Part shown: piece by piece, positions 51,356-64,000 of the stretch
Layout of the letters: each line of letters begins with the position of its first letter
Position numbering within the stretch: position 1 is the first letter of the stretch
Position numbers and translations under genes: made by a program
Notes under the pieces: model-generated
What the model saw: only the letters and a program-made list of their open reading frames with translations
What the model was told of the DNA's origin: nothing
Database searches by the model: none
Source of the DNA: Chrysomallon squamiferum
Lineage: Eukaryota; Animalia; Mollusca
Length of the DNA stretch: 64,000 bases
NCBI GenBank assembly: GCA_012295275.1
Contig: CM022673.1
Span: forward strand, 24,490,001 to 24,554,000
Direction of reading: 5' to 3'

Positions 51356-52138
51356 TAATTAATAAAAATGTAGCTTTTACAAGATTCGTTTAGTCGAGTT
51401 TAGTTTAATATTGCAGATCTGATAAAACGTGAGTTAATCCTGTTGTTTGGCTGTCACGGAAATGTTTATAATAAGCTCGTTTTTTAAGGTAGTAAAACGA
51501 TAGAAAATGGCGAGCTTCATCAGACTTCAAGCATCCCGCTTCTTTCGACCTGGTCCAAATGGATTGGAAGCTATCTTATGAGCTGCAAAAAAAAAAAAAA
51601 AAAAAAAAAAAAATAATAATAATAATAATAATTAATTAATTAATTAACAAAACGAATAAAAACAAACACGTTTTGAACATTAAATACGTGTGTAAGCAAA
51701 TAAGAATTATCAAAAAATATCATCTGGTAAGAAAATCAAATGGTTAACTCTAATATTAACCTTTATATGTCTAACAGAAAAACATTCCTCGTTATTCCAA
51801 TACAGTTAAACGAATCCTAATCCTAACTGAAATTTAATATTCAGCACTGAACAAGTACGAAAATAAATCTTTTGTTTTCTTAAACTATGTGCAGTGTGTG
51901 TTTCTCATTCTATGTTTGACTTTATTAATAACAATTTATGAAAAACGTCACTACTCGTTGCTAGGTGTGTACCTTCGGAGGCTCGGGCGTAATCCGAGCC
52001 AGCAAAATGTCTGGACATCAAACCAAAGTCAGCATATCCTCTTCTCTGACTGCATAAGAAATAAAATTACATACATACGTATATACGTACACAACGCATA
52101 CTCATACCCACACCCACCGTATATATATACAATAAACA

Positions 52139-52264
<126 letters not shown>

Positions 52265-52524
52265 CACATACATACATACATATATATATATATGTATATG
52301 TATGTATATATGTATGTATATGTATATATATTAATATCTATTAACAATAATCCATATTCCTAATCGCTTTAAGAAGAAAATAAATATCGAAGGCCACGCT
52401 TGTTCAGAATGTTTTGCTGAGTCAAACTAACGAAAACCATTAAGACGTTCGCGTCATGTTGTAAAAATCAAGATGAAGGTTATTGTTTTACGTTTCACGA
52501 AAGTATTTTTGTAAACATGTAGAG

Positions 52525-53088
52525 CAAGGGTGCGTAATCTGCGGCCGTGGTAGAGATGTCGCTTAAACACATTTAACGTCTCATTAGATCTATAACGAGG
52601 CTGCGTGTCAGTATAAACCAGTCACGGGCAAACAGCGGCCCGCGCTTCTTTCTGAGTGGTCCGCCTAATTTCGCAAGGAAAATAACGTTAATTCAAATTT
52701 TATAAAATGAGTCTATTTTGTATCTAACTAAAACACATGTAATTATTTTTATTATAACAGTTCCTGAAGTAAATGAAAATGAAAAATTTCTTTAATAGAA
52801 CTCTACGTAAAAACACAAAATCGCCTGAATTAGAACCTGCGGCCCGTCTGAGGATGAGCCGTGTCTCATGTAGCCCGCTTCTCGACAAATGTTGCCCAAG
52901 CCTGGTTTAAACACTCATACACCATGAATTTACTACGACTCTCACAGAGGTTCCTTGTTAGAAAATTATGGAAAATCATATATATGTTACGCTTTAAGAT
53001 TTGTTGTGGTAATGAAAACTATGCGGCCATAGTACCAGTGAAGCTAAAGCACTGTGGCCTGTAAGATCAGAAAGTTTGCGCGCCCCTG
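52525..53088. mobile_element. hAT MITE (outer, older), interrupted by the 52619-52904 element
   Basis: Left TIR CAAGGGTGCGTAATCT vs reverse-complemented right TIR CAGGGGCGCGCAAACT (12/16). Degenerate TSD atgtagag / atctaaat. Confidence 0.6.
52619..52904. mobile_element. hAT MITE (inner, nested), 286 bp
   Basis: TIRs CAGTCACGGGCAAAC / GTTGCCCAAGCCTG and subterminal GCGGCCCG motifs. 8-bp TSD gtataaac (52611-52618) vs gtttaaac (52905-52912). Confidence 0.8.
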
Positions 53089-53403
53089 ATCTAAATGTTC
53101 AGTCAAGTTTTGAGTGAGGAAGTCTGTTTACAGTTGTCTTTTATATTAAGACATTCATTGTCAGTCTTCCGTATCAGAAAAAAATCTGATATAACGTTAA
53201 ACGTGCTGTAGAAAACATCTTGTAAATAACACTGCAGAACATTTTATATATTTATTTCGTCTTGTTTGCATTCTGTAAATCCCGTTTCTGTTTCATCAAA
53301 TCCTTAGAACTGAAGTATAGGACAAAGAGACTGTTTTATCTCTTTGGAATTTGTTTTAATGTCGCAGTTTATAACCACTAAATAGTAACACGAAAAAACA
53401 AAA

Positions 53404-53454
<51 letters not shown>

Positions 53455-54144
53455 TAATAATAATAATGATCATGATGATGTGATGATCATCGTCAGGATA
53501 GTGGTGATGATGATGATGATGATGATAGTAATAATAATATTAATAATTCTAATAATATTAATAATAATAAGAATAAAAACTTCAGTGTAATTGTAATTCG
53601 TTTCATATTCAGTTAAATGGTAATAACAAAACACAGTGTTAGGGCCAATTCATTTTTTTTTTTTTTTTCGCTTGCTGTGAGTAAATATTTAACGATACTC
53701 GCTGATAACAATAAAAAGGGAAACCCGCTGAAACAACTTAACAAGCTGTATTTTCCTTCCTCAGAACAAAATAATAAATAAAAATATAAATGTGTTATAC
53801 GCATCTTCACTTAAAAGCGCATACTATGAACTCAGAATCGTAGAGCACTCCCTAAAGTAGGGCGTGACCCCGTGGAATACGCCCCACTCACCCATACAAT
53901 CAATAGCGAGTTTTAGGAGCCTTGAAATCCTATAACTGACCCTAGCGTCTGTATAATTCTGCCATTGTACTGCGCAGTTCAAAAATTACTTACGTGTACG
54001 GAAATATATTCTGGTTTCGTTTTAGCAAATTGTTTCGTTCTTGAAAGTTTTTCCTGTGGAATAAAGTAATAATAATACAAATATATAAATGATTAAAGAT
54101 ATTTTAATTCATTCCGACCATATGACTTTAAAGGTCGATCGATC

Positions 54145-54191
<47 letters not shown>

Positions 54192-54204
54192 GGATGGATG
54201 GATG

Positions 54205-54241
<37 letters not shown>

Positions 54242-54257
54242 TAGATAGATAGATAGA
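54145..54257. repeat. (GATA)n/(GATG)n microsatellite
   Basis: Directly visible tetranucleotide run. Confidence 0.97.
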
Positions 54258-54541
54258 CAGAGCGCGCGTGCGTGTATATGTGTGTGTGTGTGTCTAAAAT
54301 AATCCTGGACTACCGTATCTACAAATATGAATTGTTCTATAATTAGATAATTAGTTATTATAAAGTGATATTGCTAGAACTAAAACGACTGTTACAGGAA
54401 GGTATATTGCGACATAACGAAAAGAATTCAGTTTTAAAATCCATAGTGATATTTTATTATTTTACTTACGGGATATCGATAAGTAATGACAAAAATTCTA
54501 AATTTCTAATTCCTTAACAAATAAAACATTTAGGCGTTATG

Positions 54542-54626
<85 letters not shown>

Positions 54627-54884
54627 AATATATATATATACGTAGTTCGTCTGTGCTGGTAAGATCATTTAAAGAAGATCATTTAAAAGAAATTTGATGT
54701 TTGAATGTCTTTAAAATTCTAAGACTTTTTCAAACATACACACTGAAGTATGAAGAGTATATTTCTTTATTCAGTAGTTACGAAAGCATCTTGCGCTATG
54801 TAGAACATAGAAATTAAATTTAAAAATTATATACCTGATCAAACAATACAAGTAATATATATGTGTGTGTGAAGTAAAACTAAT

Positions 54885-55585
54885 ATAAGTAATAATATAT
54901 ACCTGCGTAAGAAATATAAGTAATAATATATAGCTAAGTAAGAAATCTAAGTAATAATATATAGCTGATTAAGAAATATAAGTAATAATATATAGCTAAC
55001 TTAGAAATGTAAGTAATACTAAATAGCTAAGTAAGAAATCTAAGTAATAATATAAAGCTAAGTTAGAAATCTAAGTAATAATATATAGCTAAGTAAGAAA
55101 TCTAAGTAATAATATATAGCTAAGTTAGAAATCTAAGTAATAATATATAGATGAGTAAGAAATATAAGTAATAATATATAGATGAGTAAGAAATATAAGT
55201 AATAATATATAGATAAGTTAGAAATATAAGTAATAATATATAGCTAAGTTAGAATTTAAGTAATATTATATACCTGAGTAAGAAACATAAGTAATGCTAT
55301 ATAGCTAAGTTAGAAATGTAAGTAATATTATATAGCTAAGTTAGAAATATAAGTAATATTATATACCTGAGTAAGAAATAATAATATATAGCTAAGTTAG
55401 AAATGTAAGTAATACTATATAGCTAAGTTAGAAATGTAAGTAATACTATATAGCTAAGTTAGAAATGTAAGAAATAATAATATATAGCTAAGTTAGAAAT
55501 GTAAGTAATACTATATAGCTAAGTTAGAAATGTAAGTAATACTATATAGCTAAGTTAGAAATATAAGTAATACGATATACCTGAG
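54885..55585. repeat. 31-bp minisatellite, about 22 copies
   Basis: Unit taagtaataatatatagctaagt(t/a)agaaat(c/a/g). Confidence 0.95.
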
Positions 55586-56202
55586 TCCTAAGTGACTGTG
55601 TGTAAAGTACGTGTCAGCGATGGTGAAGCAAAGAACGAAGATTAGGATGGAAGCTGGAACCAAGTTCGTCATGGTTACTACAAAACAAAAATAAAATTTC
55701 ATTTCGTTGTAACTCAAAAAGCTTTCATTCGAAAAAATATATATAAATGCAGAATGCAATATTATTCTTGTAGAAAATATTTTATCTTAAACAGTATTCA
55801 GGTTATAAGAATCTCACGGCAGAAACAAGGTATTTTTATGTTACCTTGTTTCTGTAAAATTTGCACTCGATATTTTCAATCACTTATCTGTGTGTAATGA
55901 ATACACGTTGCTAAAACCTGCCAGGAATATTTCCTGTCTCCAGCACGTGATAATGAATAGATTAATTATGTGTCTGAAAAAAAAAACACAAATGGAATTG
56001 TAATTACTGAAGATTTATCTTGTACGGTCACCTTGAAATTTGGTCAGTATTAGAGTAGTTCTGTTCTTGTTTTTCTGATTTTTATTCCGCTTAGAAAATA
56101 AAATAACCTCTTATTTTTTTTCCTTCACTTCTTCATTTTTTATTTTTTATTTTCTTTTATATTTTTTTTTTAATTTACTTTATTTTATTTTATTATTATT
56201 AT

Positions 56203-56234
<32 letters not shown>

Positions 56235-58732
56235 CCTTTTCTTTTATTTATTTATTTGTTTGTTTTTGCTTTTGTTTTTTAGTTGGTTCTCTTTTTATGC
56301 AATTTGTTTTTTGGGGTTTTTTTATGGTTAGATTGTTGTGATTTTTTTAGGGATTTTTGTTGTTTTTGATTAGAGTTAAATCCTGCATAATCAATATGCA
56401 GCTCAATAATATATACTATGTAGAACTGCATTTTTTCACATTTAACGAAGTGGAGGTTTAGTTCGTTTTTGCGAAGACTTATTTCTAAACGTAGTTATTA
56501 ATTATAAATTCTATAAAAATAAAGTTTTCTGAAATATTAAAAATTACATATCACCTAAAGGCAAAGAGAATGAGTTTAATCATCTCAGTTACATCTGATG
56601 TGGAAAGCAAAAAATAACTATTATTGTAGAAGATCTTATTATTTCTTCTTAAACCTAACATTTAGTTAAACCAGAATTCTGCAACAATGATTCACAGAAA
56701 ATTTTCTATATCACGTTTAAAGTAATGTTTGCCATACTTTACATGACTTCATTTCACAAGTCTTGGTAAATGGTTTAAAATGTTATATCAATAGTACTGT
56801 TGTACAGAAAAAGCAAATACGGTCATATGAAAAAATTAAATATTTTATTATGTTCATTTTGTTAATAATAATTAAAACATAATAATAATGTGATATCCAC
56901 AGAACTCAGAATACTGATTTGTCTGAAACTGTATCAAAATCACAAAATTAAAACTATTATTATTAAAACTAAAAGAAACATCCAAATGTTCATTTCATCT
57001 GCAGCAGCTGATTTTTTTATTGCTCACTCACAAGAATATTTATAAAACCAAATATAAATTTTTCATTTAAACGTTTTGAAAAATGTAGAATAGCAGAACT
57101 CTAGAAGGTGCAAATTTGAACAGATCTCAACAGACGAACATAATTGTTATTTATTTTCAGATAACCAAATAAAATTGTTTTTGTTTTAAGAACAGCTTCT
57201 AGGTGCATTTCACCATTTTGTAATTTTGTTCTGGTTTTGTTTGTTTGTTTTTTTTCTTATTAGCAAACAGTTTCCTTCTCATCAACAGATATTGTACTAC
57301 GAATGTTTATGATTCGCAAGTCACATATTTTAAAAATAATTTTATCTTTTACAATCATTTATCGTTTATCAACAGTCCAGGTGGCGAATTTCTGTCGTTA
57401 TTAAACAGAAACTGTTTTAAAATGACAAGATGTGTAATTTATTTCTTCTTCTTTAACTTTTATAACACGTTAATGTATATTTAGTTCTGTTTAAATTATA
57501 ATTTATCTTACAATGTGTTATGTTGTTGCTGTGTAGAAAACACTTTTCTTGTTAAAAGATAAATTTTGATAATATTAACAACGGACGATAGCGAACGAGT
57601 TTACATCATAATAAAAAAATGTTTATTTGTATGTAATTATTTTTACAACGGAAATTAAAATGTCTAATTATCAGAAAAAATAATGAATTTGTCGGGGGGT
57701 GGGTGATGTGTGTGTGTGGATGTGTGTGTGTGTGTGTGTGTGTGTGGTGAAAATAATTTAAAAGAATCAGAGAGGGAAAAAACATTCTATCTTGATATTT
57801 TTAAGATAATTATTTAATTGGGATGATTACAAAAAGAAAATCAAGTATGGTTTATTAATCAGAAAGTTTTGATTTCATTCTGACAATTTTTTTATTTAAA
57901 TTACTATTTTTCTTAATGCAAAGAAGATTGATCATAACATAATACTCTTAACAATGCACAAGTATAATTAAGAAAATGATAAATAATTAATAATGAATAA
58001 TAAGACTGTGTTTCACAGTAAGATTTATATTTCATTTAAATTTCTAGAGAGAAATAAATTCGTTATCTTGATTTCAGAAAATTATTTCCTAATATTTTTC
58101 TGACAGAAATATAGAAACAGACATTTAACTGACGTACGCGTTATAATTCAAAATAGTAGATAAAATTGCATAAGAAATTCTTCTGAGGAACTATAAGATA
58201 CTTTCATTAGCATTTTACATCATTCTTCTTCTTTCTTAAACAAATTATAGAAAACACTAAACATTAATTTTAAAAAATCTGTACGCTTTATTAATTATAT
58301 TTGAGCATATCACGTCAGATAATGATGAAATTAACGAACTAGATATAATGCGTGAATAACAAACCTAGTTAAATCACGTATTGTTCATAGCAGGGACATA
58401 TTTAGTTTTGTTTTTGTTGTTGTTTTGTTTGTTTGTTTGTTATATTTGTTCATTTGAAACATGTAAGTGAAATGTTAATACAACACACACACAACACACA
58501 AACACACAGTTTTATATCCAAGAAACAAATATACATATATATATATATGTGTATGGATATGTGCTAAATCTTTATATAAAAAAATAATCTATTAGTGTGT
58601 GTGTGTAAATGTGTTTTTATGTGGTCGCGTTTGCTAAATCTTTATCAAATTGTTTTATGACTATTTCAGATCTTTATTATAAGACCACAAGTTGTTGTTT
58701 GTTGTTGCTGCTGCTACCTTCGCAATTACCTT

Positions 58733-58759
58733 TGAGACAAATGACAGTCATTTGTCTCA
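58733..58759. repeat. Palindrome, 13-bp arms and 1-nt centre
   Basis: tgagacaaatgac-a-gtcatttgtctca. Confidence 0.9.
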
Positions 58760-59111
58760 GATATCAACGTCTCGTTTACGTTTCGTGAGCAATCTCTTTA
58801 CTCTTGTCCTGCCTTTCATGTTCACGTCTGCAACCAGCGATTCCTCTCGCATCGGTAAATCATTCTACGGCATCAAATGGACTCGCTAATCTAGTGCTTC
58901 CGATTAAATGTGACCACGCGCAGTTAAACCACAATAGGATTTCAACATGCGCCACGTCAGAATGGAAACGACATCAATGCAGAATGCATTTACGGATTAA
59001 AGAAAGTCGTATAAATGTATCTCTCTGTGTACACAATGAACTGTTCGGTTGCAGTCAATATCTGATTCTGTTCTCAGTTCTGACATTTGCATAATTATGT
59101 TAATTAAGATT

Positions 59112-59147
<36 letters not shown>

Positions 59148-59314
59148 TGACGTAATACTTATTTGTATCAGCGAGGTAGAAGGTGAACTTGGTTGAAAAA
59201 GAAAATAATAAAAGATTTTTAATATCTTACATCCATTTCCTCGTTTTGTATCACGTTAATGATGCAGAAAAGTCCTGATGACCATGATGATAATAATAAT
59301 AATTAATTAATTTA

Positions 59315-59497
59315 AATAAACACACACACACATAATAATAATAATACAATTACTAATAACAGTAATAACCAATGCTGTTATTCTTAATTTAAGTTGCTTA
59401 CCTGAAATATTATCCGCGAAATTAGTAGATATCAATGAGTAAATCTTTTTATTTATGTATTTATTTATTTATTATTATTATTTAGAACAGATCATCA
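59315..59497. repeat. Dispersed repeat, copy 2 (copy 1 at about 45160-45315)
   Basis: Same core and orientation as 45160-45315. Confidence 0.85.
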
Positions 59498-61686
59498 AAC
59501 TCATGAATATAATAAGTAATTTTCTACTCTGAAACAGATGATTTCTACATAATAAGTATTTCTTTTTATATAAAATCTATTTATTATCGCTTTTTACTAT
59601 TACAATGAGATTTATACATTTGACCCGCGTTAATAAACAAGAAATTATTTTTATTTCCACACATAAATGTACAAATATCATCGATCTGAATTCAGTTTGC
59701 CCATTCTTTTATAAAGCATACTGAGCTTAAACAGAATTTTAGAGAAACTGAGGGAACAACGGGAAGAAAAAGAAACAATATATGTTGAACATATTCGTAA
59801 TGTTATTCCTGTTAAACCGATGAATTTTACGTTATTTTAGTAGAATTTCTGATAAAATAAATTTATATAATTATCATCGATGTTAAAACCAAGTTGGTAC
59901 GGGGAAAAGCAATGTAATTAAACGAAATGCACTGAAAGAGTTTTTATAGTGCAGTTCGTTTGTAATTAATTATAAATCAGCCAGTGAAAAAAAAAAAAAA
60001 AAAAAAAAGAAAAAGAAGATTACTGCTGGGAGTGTTTTAAATAAATATGAAACATAGGAAAAGTCTCTTTTGCTGCAGAATTTCCATTCATTTTGTGAAG
60101 CTACACTCGCTTTTTCATCCGCAGTTCGAGTCAGTCTTTAATTTATAGACGTTCAAAACTAGTCGATGACAACATGATGAAAACCAAGGCAAAGAAAGAC
60201 AAAGATTTCTTAATCGGAGTCCAGTTATTTGTAGATTTTCTTTTTTAGGATGAAAAACGAGTGAGAAATAAGAATTAAAAAAAAACAAACAAAAAAAAAA
60301 AAAAAAAAAACAGATTTAGTGGAGAGAATTGTACTTGTTTAATTTATGAAATGTTCTCTTAAAGTACAAGCTAAACATTATTTTGATACATATAAGCATC
60401 GGATTAGAATTTTTATTTTTTATTTTTTTTATCAGAACTTAAAAATAAATGAAACATTTGAAATCACCCACGCCCTGAGTTTCTCAGAACTAAAATAAAA
60501 CCAAATGAGCGATGTTTTTCTCAGCACTTTTAAAATGCAATTCAGAATCCACCATTTTTTCTATTTCATTTGGGTTTTTTCTGCTCCGTCTCTATGAATT
60601 GCTGTTTTCTGTTTTCAAAACGAGAGACCACAAACAAATAAAAATCCATCTCTATTTAATATCCATCAGTAAAACAACTATTATACCATCTCAGATTATG
60701 AAACAATTCGTTTATTTATTTAATATAATATTTTATAAACGTATTAGGTACGGTAATTGTGGCAATATTGAAAGCTCGGTGTCAACAAACTACTTTTAAA
60801 AATTCTGCGGACTTAAAATGATTGAGTGATTTATTATCTGTCAGTTTTCACACTCCTAAAAGTAAAATGGATAAAATTACTCATTGTATTGTATGATTTG
60901 TGACAAGTGTTATAAACAGATAACGAACATAATCGAGAAATTGTTTTCAAACATCATCAAAAACCAGTTAGATATCGTATTTCAAAAATATTCTGGAAAT
61001 GTTTAATTACAAATTATTCGTTAATTACAAAATATGCTTAGTATATGTAACTTAACTTCGATATAAAGTTTATTTTGTTCTAAATAAAAATATTCCAAAA
61101 TACTGATGTAATATGTCAGATATAAAAGTTTAAAAAAAAATAAAAAAAAATATACGAATATTTCATATTGAAATACATATTCCAGGTGCCTGAGGTTTAC
61201 ATATAGTTTCTATATTTCTTAGTTTTCCAAGAAGATTTTCCCATATTTTTTTCTTTAAAATATAACTTAACTATAAAAAAGTAATTTTACAAAATTTTGG
61301 AAACGTAAATAAAATTCTAACACGGGACTAACTTTTAAATGTCAGGTACCCTTAGACATTTCCTGTAATTTGTAGTGAAACTGAACATAATGGTACAGCA
61401 TCAATTCTTCATTTTGTTTCCACACATAATGCGTTCTTTACACTGTCAACTTGTATATTGCTTATTCTAATGGCATGATACGGGATCTGTTAATAAGGTA
61501 ATCAATAAAAAAAATACTTAAACAATACTGATTAATTGAGATAATAAAAAATCCATTCATAAAGATATGCTTTGTTTCGAAAAAGTTTAACCTGAAAACA
61601 AAATCCAGAGAAATTGCAATATTTCAATTTTAGATTTAAAACATTTGTCACACTTTTATATGAATTCTATATAAGCGTAAGTTATG

Positions 61687-61743
<57 letters not shown>

Positions 61744-63926
61744 TTTAATTAGTAGTAGTAGTAGTAGTATACATATTTCCAAATTTATACTCCTTAGAAC
61801 TAATTATAACACTTTATGTCAGTATTTAAACCTACAGAAAAAAAAAATAATAATAATAATTTAAAATTGTTTGTTTTAAATTCGAGATATGAAATTACAT
61901 CTTAATCGTATCTTACCTTTCGTTTCTTTGACTTTCCAATTATTTTGATGTCTTATGCGTCCAAACAAATGACAGAGGAATAATCCAACAAAACACAAAA
62001 CTCGCTTCTGAGTTTGTTTTTTGATGTCACGAAAGGTGTGTATGATACAGGCTATTGTTTAGTTTGTTTTCTTTTCTTTCGTTGTTTCTCGACTTTTTTT
62101 GTTTTGTTTTGTTTTGTTCTTTCTTTGTACCTAAAGATGTTTCTTCTTTCTTTTCTGTCAGCTGAATTACGCTTGTTTACTAAAACTCTGTTAACTTCAA
62201 AATGGCGCTAGAAATAAGCTTCAGCGGAACCAATACCCAACGGCATTAATGGCGGGCTTTTAATATGAAAGTGTCTTTTGAGCATCGAATAATAATATTT
62301 AATTTGACTGATGGAGTTTGTCGTCACTGGCCGCTGTGGTGGCGTGGTGTAAGACAATGACAGACAATGCTTTCAGCTTTCTTCGCGAGTCGAGCTTGCC
62401 CTACACCGGAAGCGGGGGTTACCGTTTTGTTAAATCACAATAATATCACGGTCCTACGTGTGTGAGGCTTAACGCAAGGGAAGTAATCTATATATTAAAA
62501 AAAAACTTTTTTTTTTTTTTTTCCTCCTGTTTTCTTTTTTTATTATTATTCCATTTGTGTTCTTTGGACTTTTCTCTTTTCTTTCCTTTCTTTTATTCTT
62601 TTATTTCTTTTTTTTTTTACTATTCGCTCGCGGAGTATCTTTACTACTTACTACGTGATGCACAAATAGTTGATTAGAAATATTGGACTGTAAACGTGTT
62701 TGTCCATTACGTTAATACGGTTGTTATCTGACAGAACACACAAAAGGACAAAAAGACCTCGACTTGTATTAACTTCCTTCCGCTGCAGCAGAACCTATTT
62801 AAGATGCATTATCTCTCGACTGACTTCGGCAGAAACCTCCAACCCGCCTACAAACGCAAGCATATTCATCATCATAATTAATTTCACAGGAGATTTTGTT
62901 ATTTTTTATTTTTACGTAGATCGATGCTGCATAATTCATGAACTCGTTCTTTCACGCAGTCGTGGATGAATGGTTATATATGTTCTGTTATTCGACAATG
63001 GAAACACTGGAAAGATGAACCAGCTATAAGTATCTTACTTATTAATACTTTTTTTTTTTCTTAAATTATTTTTTTATTGGTACTTTATTAACGTTTTGGG
63101 GTGGGTTTTTTCCCCTTTCTTTCTTCTTTTATTTTTATTTTTAATTTTAATTTTAATTTTTTTTAGTATGAATTTGTGTGTGTTTATGTGTGAGTGTGTG
63201 TGTTTTTGTGAGAGAAAAAAAAACAACAAAAAAAACGTCGTATTACAGTATTATCACATCAAATATTAAAATACTGCGACTGTCAAAACCTTATGTTAAA
63301 TACGCCCTCTACGAAAGTTTCTCATAATCAAAACAGTTGATATAACATGAAACAACATATAATAAACTTAATTTTTATACTGCATTATATAACATAAGCC
63401 GCAAATTTATCTAAATCCCCTAATGAACAATTATACGTACTTTAATCAAATTATATCTTTTAATATAACAATATTTTTAATATAACTACTTTTTCGAAAA
63501 ATAATAAGAAGAAGAAAATTAAACGAAAGTGCTCTCCATTTTAGTCGACCAGTTAAAGACTTCAATGTTCAGCGTTTATCACGAACAACCACTGAAAAGC
63601 TCTCTTTGTGTCACGTGACAGATACTGGCTGAACAAGATGAATGAAAGTAAGTAGGCGGAATAAATTGTTATGTTTCTGAGATTCAGCTCGTAACTTAAT
63701 ACAGCTGCTTTAGTTGAAATTAAATCCGTTATTTTTCATATTTGTAACAGTCCTTAATCATAAAGAATACATATTTAAATAAAAAACTAAATATTAATTA
63801 AAGTGTGCCATTGATAATAGAAAGAAATAGGATAATTTCATTTTGTGTCCTTTCATAGTTATTATTTATATTTGTTTTAAAGACCAGGATGTGTAAAACA
63901 AACAAAAAAATAATAATAATAATAAC

Positions 63927-63979
<53 letters not shown>

Positions 63980-64000
63980 TTCCTAGACGCCATCATTTAG

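Noticed and set aside
53807-54132. Possible TTAA-flanked (Kolobok/piggyBac-like) element
   Set aside because: The GC-richer sequence looks transposon-like, but the two candidate ends do not form matching TIRs.

Overview
AT-rich, microsatellite-dense eukaryotic (animal) genomic DNA, mostly intergenic or intronic. A mollusc, possibly a gastropod, is my best guess from the neuropeptide and the SINE-like remnants; this is inference. The ORF track is almost entirely artefact from simple repeats. The one well-supported gene is missed by the track because it is spliced: a + strand neuropeptide precursor with three coding exons (28516-28699, 30052-30090, 30530-30663; 118 aa). It has a signal peptide, a KREKR convertase site and a 43-residue C-terminally amidated peptide whose N-terminus resembles Aplysia cerebral peptide 2 (CP2). 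A candidate CCAAT/TATA/Inr promoter and non-coding first exon lie near 23.8-23.9 kb. Also present: an internally deleted Ngaro-type (DIRS order) retrotransposon with split direct repeats and gag, RT and SGNH-hydrolase remnants (47.8-50.1 kb); three hAT MITEs, one nested in another; two Tc1/mariner-pogo-type MITEs; several minisatellites; two clean palindromes; and several CpG-rich islands that look regulatory. No prokaryotic features, CRISPR arrays, rRNA or tRNA genes were recognised. Family assignments come from recalled consensus motifs; no database search was run.
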